This document shows positions 58,383 through 64,000 of a stretch of 64,000 nucleotides of DNA, piece after piece. The DNA comes from Spirochaetia bacterium. GTDB lineage: Bacteria; Spirochaetota; Spirochaetia; SZUA-6; Bin103. A program made the position numbers and the translations under genes. The notes beneath the pieces were generated by a model. It searched no databases and was not told where the DNA came from. It saw nothing but the letters and a program-made list of their open reading frames with translations. Each line of letters begins with the position of its first letter. Within the stretch, counting starts at the first letter, position 1. Location: NCBI GenBank assembly GCA_965203905.1, contig CBDBDQ010000005.1, positions 5,792,001 through 5,856,000 of the forward strand. The letters run 5' to 3'.

Positions 58383-59186
58383 CGTTCAACCACTATGCGG
58401 ACCGAGCATTCGAACGTCAATCCGGGAGGCAGCGTACTCGGGCGATGATGATGATCTCCGGGCTCCAGGCGGTGACCGGACTTCGATCCCAGTCGCCGTA
58501 CTGTGCTTCGATCACGAAGCCGGCCGCGGCCAGAAACGATGCCAGCGGGTCTGCAGCGAGGAACCGCAGAGTGCTGGGACTGCGCTCCGCGCGGTCCCAA
58601 TCCGCGCGCCGGTAACTGTTGGTGAACCGAACCACGTCGCCGACGACCGGCGTTTCGACCTCGGTCTCGAACCGGACGGCGGTGCCGTCGCGGTCGATGA
58701 ACTCGGGGCCATGCCCGGGTGTCCATCGCTCCCACTCCCGGACCAGCGGGTTGCGCGTCTCGAACGCGAACACGCCACCGGGTGTCAGCGCGGAATGGAT
58801 TGCAGCGAGTGCTGCCCGGATCTCGTCGTCGCTGACCAGCACCTGGAACGCATGTCCGGTCATCACCGCCAGATCGAACTCCCGCTGCCAGGCGGTAGCT
58901 GACAGATCGCCGAGCACCCATTCGATGTCGGACCGCCTCCGCGCCACCTGCAACATGCCGCGCGCCGGGTCGAGTCCCACCAGCCGCCCGGCGTGGCCGG
59001 ACTCGCGGGCCCAGTGCAGCAGGGCACCCGTGCCGCAACCGACATCGAGCACGGTTTCGGCGGCCATCACCAGAGGCAGGTAGAAGCGAAAGTCGGCGCG
59101 CTGCTCCCGTCCGCACAGAGGATCGTAGAGCGCCGCGAGGCGAGGTTCGGAGAACTGCCGGTCGACCACCACCTTCAGCCTACCGC
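58215..59186. repeat. Copy B of the diverged ~1 kb direct repeat
   Basis: Colinear with 35818-36788. Confidence 0.85.
58417..59171 (-). CDS. Class I SAM-dependent methyltransferase (intact copy)
   Basis: VLDVGCGTG, FDLAVMTGHAFQ, GGVFAFETRNP. Confidence 0.87.
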
Positions 59187-59394
59187 CAATCGCGCGTGCC
59201 ACGAAGCATCCGCAACCCGCGGCCCGTTCTACGATGCTGGTGCCGGTCGCCGACCCGGTACGGCTGGCCGAGATCGGCAACTGGCTGGGGCGTTGCAATG
59301 CCGGCGCCGAGTTCCTCGCTCGCGCGTGGAGGGAGTGCGGCTTCAATCGGCTTGAGGCAGACCAGATCGGCGGCAATTGCCATGATGGTCGGCG

Positions 59395-60909
59395 ATGGCT
59401 TCGACGACTGACCGCTCGTCGGGCGCGCGCCGCCCCAACCTGCTCTACATCCTCTCCGACCAGCACTGTCCCTTGGTGACCGGCGGCTACGGCGACCCGC
59501 TGGTGGAGACGCCGCACCTCGACGGGCTGGCCGCGGCCGGCGTGACGATGGACGCCGCCTACTGCCCGTCGCCGATCTGCGGGCCGTCGCGGATGTCGAT
59601 GCTCACCGGCCTGCATCCGTTTCAGAACCGCTCCTGGACCAACCGCGACATCCTCGATTCAGGTATCCCCACCATGGCCCACGCCCTTGGCGCGGCCGGC
59701 TGCCGGCCGGTGCTGATCGGGCGCCTGCACTCGATGGGACCGGACCAGCGGCGCGGCTACGCGGAGCGGCTGGTGGGCGATCACAGCCCCAACTACGCGG
59801 GCGCCGGCCCGGTGCCTGACCGCGGGGCCTTGAACGGCACCGCCGGCCCGGACCACGTGAGCCTGGCGATGTCGGGTGCCGGCCAGAGCGGCTACGAGGT
59901 GCACGACGAAGAGGTGACCGACGCCGCCGTGCGGTTCCTGCTGCGCGAGGGCGACCGGCGGCGCGCAAACCCGGAAGCCGAGCCGTTCTGCCTGACGGTG
60001 GGGCTGATGCTGCCCCACCCGCCCTACGTGGCGCGGGCGGCGGATTACCGGCGCTATGCGGACCGTATCTCGCCGCCTCGGAAGCCGGCGTTCCCGCGGC
60101 AGGCGGTGCCGGAGTACCTGCGTTGGTGGCGCGAGCACACCGGCCTGACGCGCACCACCGAGGCGGAGACCCAGCGCTCCCGTGCCGCTTACTGGGGGCT
60201 GGTCACCACCATGGACCGGATGGTCGGCCGCATCCTGGCGGCGCTGCGCGCCGGGGGCCTGGAGGAGAACACGCTCGTCGTCTACACCTCCGACCACGGC
60301 GACATGCTCGGCGAGCACGGCATGTTCTGGAAGCACACCTTCTACGAGGAGTCGGTACGGGTACCGCTGATCATGGCGTGGCCGGGCCGGGTGGGAGCGG
60401 GTACTCGCTGCGACCGGGTAGTCAGCGCGCTGGACTTGACCGCTACCATCCTCGACGCAATGAGCGCTCCGGCGCTGCCGGGCAGTCCCGGGCGCAGCCT
60501 ACTGGCGCTGCTCGACGGCGGAAGCTGGGATGACGAAGCGTTCAGCGAGTACTGCTCGGACGAGGCGTGGGCACCGCCCGACGGCTGTTTTCAGCGCATG
60601 ATCCGCCGCGGTGAGTGGAAGCTCGCCTGCTACCACGGCCCCGCTGCGGCGGCGGACCTGCAGTTGTTCAACCTGCAAGAGGATCCGGACGAGCTGGTAA
60701 ACCGCGCCGCCGACCCCGGCTGCCGCGAGACGGTGCGCCAACTACGGTCGCGGCTGTGCGCCGATTGGGATCCGCAACAGGTACAGGCGCAGATGGCCGC
60801 CAACCGCGCGCGGCACGAGATCCACCACGGCTGGGCCCGCGCAACGCAGCCACGCAGCGATCACCTGTGGGAGCTGCGCGGCGAGATGTTCTATCTCGAT
60901 CAGCCCTGA
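59395..60909 (+). CDS. Sulfatase (choline-sulfatase-like)
   Basis: PNLLYILSDQH, CGPSR formylglycine motif, SDHGDMLG. Confidence 0.93.
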   Translation: MASTTDRSSGARRPNLLYILSDQHCPLVTGGYGDPLVETPHLDGLAAAGVTMDAAYCPSPICGPSRMSMLTGLHPFQNRSWTNRDILDSGIPTMAHALGAAGCRPVLIGRLHSMGPDQRRGYAERLVGDHSPNYAGAGPVPDRGALNGTAGPDHVSLAMSGAGQSGYEVHDEEVTDAAVRFLLREGDRRRANPEAEPFCLTVGLMLPHPPYVARAADYRRYADRISPPRKPAFPRQAVPEYLRWWREHTGLTRTTEAETQRSRAAYWGLVTTMDRMVGRILAALRAGGLEENTLVVYTSDHGDMLGEHGMFWKHTFYEESVRVPLIMAWPGRVGAGTRCDRVVSALDLTATILDAMSAPALPGSPGRSLLALLDGGSWDDEAFSEYCSDEAWAPPDGCFQRMIRRGEWKLACYHGPAAAADLQLFNLQEDPDELVNRAADPGCRETVRQLRSRLCADWDPQQVQAQMAANRARHEIHHGWARATQPRSDHLWELRGEMFYLDQP

Positions 60910-60912
60910 GGC

Positions 60913-62424
60913 TCAGGTGCGGCCGCCGCGGGCCAGGCGGAAGGCGTGCTCCTCGGCGCGCATGGTGGCTTCGCCGTTGCCGTCGCCGGTCCGCAGTTCC
61001 TCGACGCTGCGCACCTGCAGGCGTGCGGCGCCCTCCCACTCGCGGGTGGGCAGCCGGTCGGCGCTGCTCAGCCTCTCTTCCGCGGCGGCGATCGCCTCCC
61101 CGTACTGGGGCAGCCACTGGCGCTGCGCCAGCAGCATGTCGTCGACCAGTTGCCATACCTCCGGCGGGGTGGCCACGGCACCGACCAGCGGGTCGAGCAG
61201 CATCGCCTGGCGCAGCAGCGTGTCGTCGCCGGCCACGGCCGCCGCAACCGCCAGCCGCTGCACCGAGATGCTGGCGTTGCACACCGCGGCGCAGCCGAGC
61301 GGCAGGTCGCCGACCAGCGGAATGCTGATGCCGTTGCCGTCCACGTAGCCCGGCACCTCGACCACGGCGTCGTCGGGCAGGTTGGCGATGGCACCGTTGT
61401 TCTTGACGTTGAAGTGGCCGCGGTAGGTGCGCCCCGTCTCCAGTCCCTCGACAATGTAGGAGCCGTGCTCGGAGGAACGCTCTTCCGGGGTGAACTGCAT
61501 CGGAGGCTCGGCCATCCAGCGCGGGAAGTCTTCCTCGAACCAGTTGCGCTTCTCGGTGCATACCCGCAGGTAGCCGCCGGTTTCGCCGTGGATCCAGGTG
61601 TCGAGGCTGATCCAGTCGCGGATCTCGCCCGGCCGCTTGCGGTACCAGGGGACGTACTCGCTCAGGTGGCCGTTGGACTCGGTGGAGTAGCAGCCGAAGC
61701 GGCGCAGCATGTCGATGCGCACCTTCTCGGTCTCGCGGTACTTGGGATGGCGCTCGTAGGCGGCGAGCAGCTCGCCGCTCATGTCCTTGCCGTGGTGGCG
61801 GAGCTGGACGTACCAGGTCTGGTGGTTGATGCCGGCGGCAATGATGTCAAGCTCCTGCTGCGGTACGCCGAGCACCTCCGCGATCTGGCGGTGGCCGCCC
61901 TGCACCCCGTGGCACAGGCCGATAGTCTCCACCCCGCCGTGGTCGTTGGCGGCCCAGGTGAGCATTGCCATCGGGTTGGCGTAGTTGAATAGGCGGCAGC
62001 CGGGCTCCGCCACCTCGCGGATGTCGCGGCAGATGCCGAGTATCACCGGGATGCCGCGCTGCCCGTACATCACCCCGCCGGCCGACAGGGTGTCGCCCAC
62101 GCACTGGTCGATGCCGTAGCGCAGCGGCACGTCGATGTCGGTGGCGAACGCCTCGATGCCGCCGACCCGCACGGTGCAGAACACGTAGCGAGCGCCCGCT
62201 ATCGCCTCGCGGCGGTCGGTGGTGGCGCTCAGCTTCACCCGCTCCAGGCCGTTGGCGCGGATGTCCCGCTCCGCCAACTGGCGGATCATGTCGAGGTTGG
62301 GCTCGCTGATGTCGCACAGGGCCACCTCCAGCGAGTCGAATTCCGGGACGGTGAGAAGATCGCCGAGCAGCTTGCGGGTGAACCCGATGCTGCCGGCGCC
62401 GATGAACGCGATCTTGAACGACAT
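60913..62424 (-). CDS. melA: GH4 NAD-dependent alpha-galactosidase/glucosidase
   Basis: IGAGSIGF, QCVGDT, NYANPMA, GLCHGVQ, GINHQTW, STESNGHLSEY. Confidence 0.88.
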   Translation of the reverse strand: MSFKIAFIGAGSIGFTRKLLGDLLTVPEFDSLEVALCDISEPNLDMIRQLAERDIRANGLERVKLSATTDRREAIAGARYVFCTVRVGGIEAFATDIDVPLRYGIDQCVGDTLSAGGVMYGQRGIPVILGICRDIREVAEPGCRLFNYANPMAMLTWAANDHGGVETIGLCHGVQGGHRQIAEVLGVPQQELDIIAAGINHQTWYVQLRHHGKDMSGELLAAYERHPKYRETEKVRIDMLRRFGCYSTESNGHLSEYVPWYRKRPGEIRDWISLDTWIHGETGGYLRVCTEKRNWFEEDFPRWMAEPPMQFTPEERSSEHGSYIVEGLETGRTYRGHFNVKNNGAIANLPDDAVVEVPGYVDGNGISIPLVGDLPLGCAAVCNASISVQRLAVAAAVAGDDTLLRQAMLLDPLVGAVATPPEVWQLVDDMLLAQRQWLPQYGEAIAAAEERLSSADRLPTREWEGAARLQVRSVEELRTGDGNGEATMRAEEHAFRLARGGRT

Positions 62425-62598
62425 GTTGCGGCGGCTCCTGGCTTCCACCCTAGGCGAATCCGCGCGCTGGGACAAGACCGGTCAGCGTCGGACGGTCAGG
62501 GCCACGTGGTCCACCGCCAGGCAGCAGGCCGGTTTCCGGGTCCAGCTCGGAGACCCACAGGGTGCCCCCGCCCACGCCAGCCAACGGCGTCGCCCGCC

Positions 62599-62979
62599 TC
62601 AGGCTGCGCTCCAGAACGCGGCACCATAGTGCTCGCGCAGGTGCCAGTCACGGGTGCACAGCGGAGCGGCAAAGGCGATGGCGTGGGCCACGATCAGGCG
62701 GTCGAACGGATCGCGCGTCCATCTGAGGTGGTCGGCAATCTCCGCGCCGCGCAGCCACCCCGACTGCTCTACCTGCAAGTCCAGGTCGCGGCGCAGCGTG
62801 TTCAACACCGCCTCCGCGGGGAAGTTCACGCGCCCGACTTCGGCAAGCAGTGACAGCTCCAGGCGCACTATCGGCGAAACGAACAGCTCGTTCTCATCGA
62901 TTCGTTGCCGCACCGGCGTGGGGATACGGTCGGCCTCGGCGAACAGCCACACGACCACGTGGGTATCCAGGAAGATCAC
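62599..62979 (-). CDS. PIN-domain (VapC) toxin
   Basis: FLDTHVVVW, TRDPFDRLIVA, CTRD. Confidence 0.9.
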   Translation of the reverse strand: MIFLDTHVVVWLFAEADRIPTPVRQRIDENELFVSPIVRLELSLLAEVGRVNFPAEAVLNTLRRDLDLQVEQSGWLRGAEIADHLRWTRDPFDRLIVAHAIAFAAPLCTRDWHLREHYGAAFWSAA

Positions 62980-63215
62980 GATTCCGAACCCTGCTCGGGA
63001 CGCCACTCCGCCGGCGAGAAGCGGTCGAGATCGTCACCATCCACGACCATGCCGGGCCGGCGCGGCAGATCGGCGACCTTGATGCGCCGCGGCAACGCGG
63101 CAATGCGCAACGTGCGGCCCTTCCTCGGCACGTCGATGGACGTTCCCGTATCCAGGCACAGGTCGAGGAGGCGGAACAGGTCCCTGCGCAACTCGCTGGC
63201 CTTGACGGTGATCAC
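62976..63215 (-). CDS. Phd/YefM family antitoxin
   Basis: KASELRRDLFRLLD...TG...PRKG; overlaps the toxin start. Confidence 0.82.
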   Translation of the reverse strand: MITVKASELRRDLFRLLDLCLDTGTSIDVPRKGRTLRIAALPRRIKVADLPRRPGMVVDGDDLDRFSPAEWRPEQGSES

Positions 63216-63229
63216 TCTGTTCTCATTGT

Positions 63230-63257
63230 TGTACATCTTTCCGAGCACAATTGTACA
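63230..63257. promoter_or_regulatory. Putative TA autorepression operator
   Basis: Two TGTACA palindromes (63230 and 63252) just upstream of the antitoxin. Confidence 0.5.
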
Positions 63258-63305
63258 AGAACCGGGTTGGGCCGATCAAGTCTGCCTGCGACGATCAGCT
63301 ATCCG

Positions 63306-64000
63306 TCACGCCAAGTCTTCTTCACGTACCCGGTAGGCCTTCAGGACCGGCTGCGGGCCGCCGGCGTTGATGCCCTCGAAGTGGTCGCTGGTGTAGTCGG
63401 CGATCACGATGGTGCCGTCGGCGAGCTGGGTCCAGTCGCTGTAGCCGGAGTCGGAGGTGTAGTCCAGCACCACCGTGCGGTCGCGCTGGAACTGGTCGGG
63501 GAAGCCGTCGCGGGCTATCCAGCTCCAGTCGACCGAGTAGTCACCCGGGTTGTAGACCCGGGCCCTGCCCGCGCGCCAGCGCGTATCCAGCCCGCCGCCG
63601 GCGCCGAAGCGCACCACCCGCTGCCGAAGTTGCGGGTCGCCGCTGGCCAGCACCTGGCGGCCGTCCACCAGCACGCGGCAGCCGCCGGGGCGCCGCTCCA
63701 GGCGGTACGTGTGCCACTGCGCGGTGTCGAGGTAGGCGGCTCCCGGGCGGCGCTGGACATTGCCCAGGTCGCCGGTCTCGAAGCGCTCGATGGCATGGCT
63801 GGCAAACTCGATCCGGCCGTCGCCGATGCTCACGCCGAAGCCGGCGGAGAGCACCACGTTGCCGGGACCGGGGGCGCGCCGCAGCTCAAGTTCCAGGTCG
63901 ACCTCCGCATGGCGGGTGAGCGCCGGGTAGAGCGAGAACTCGACCTCCGCGGTGCGGCCGGCGCCGGTGGTGGTGAGCATCTCGCCTCCCTCGCGGGTGC
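63306..64000 (-). CDS. C-terminal part of a sialidase/BNR-like protein with a lectin-like insert (partial)
   Basis: WHTYRL beta-sandwich segment and DSGYSDWTQLADGTI..ADY propeller end; frame continues past the window edge. Confidence 0.6.
   Translation of the reverse strand, partial: TREGGEMLTTTGAGRTAEVEFSLYPALTRHAEVDLELELRRAPGPGNVVLSAGFGVSIGDGRIEFASHAIERFETGDLGNVQRRPGAAYLDTAQWHTYRLERRPGGCRVLVDGRQVLASGDPQLRQRVVRFGAGGGLDTRWRAGRARVYNPGDYSVDWSWIARDGFPDQFQRDRTVVLDYTSDSGYSDWTQLADGTIVIADYTSDHFEGINAGGPQPVLKAYRVREEDLA

Noticed and set aside
1-64000. tRNA, rRNA, CRISPR arrays, integrase genes
   Set aside because: None recognised by eye; a tRNAscan/Infernal run would be needed to exclude small RNAs.

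Overview
GC-rich bacterial DNA with catabolic genes (two GH32s, GH4, sulfatase, TauD and PhyH dioxygenases, enolase-superfamily enzymes), several toxin-antitoxin modules (some decayed) and two accessory islands of visibly lower GC. The main discovery is at ~17.1-25.8 kb on the minus strand: a complete streptolysin-S-like azol(in)e RiPP (TOMM/LAP) cluster. It encodes an E1-like C protein, two SagB-type proteins, a CAAX protease, an amidohydrolase, an ABC-2 exporter and a YcaO with a PxPxP tail. Its two precursor genes are absent from the ORF track: MKLKAIRFGEAILASPVTPGLPG-CCCSCCCWCHCHC-TTIATSPETGDDELV and MKLRVTRFTEARGSILASPAVAG-WCCSCWCHCHC-TTIATSPETGDDELV. Both carry unusual Cys/His/Trp cores and an identical acidic follower. 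A second ~21 kb island (36.8-58.2 kb) is bracketed by a diverged ~1 kb direct repeat whose two copies are reciprocally inactivated. It contains a triplicated sugar-ABC cassette, an AAC(3)-ceramidase-like fusion and IS debris. A HEPN protein with two tandem small paralogs lies at 33.1-34.2 kb. No rRNA, tRNA or CRISPR array was seen. All functional calls come from motif recognition by eye, not database searches.
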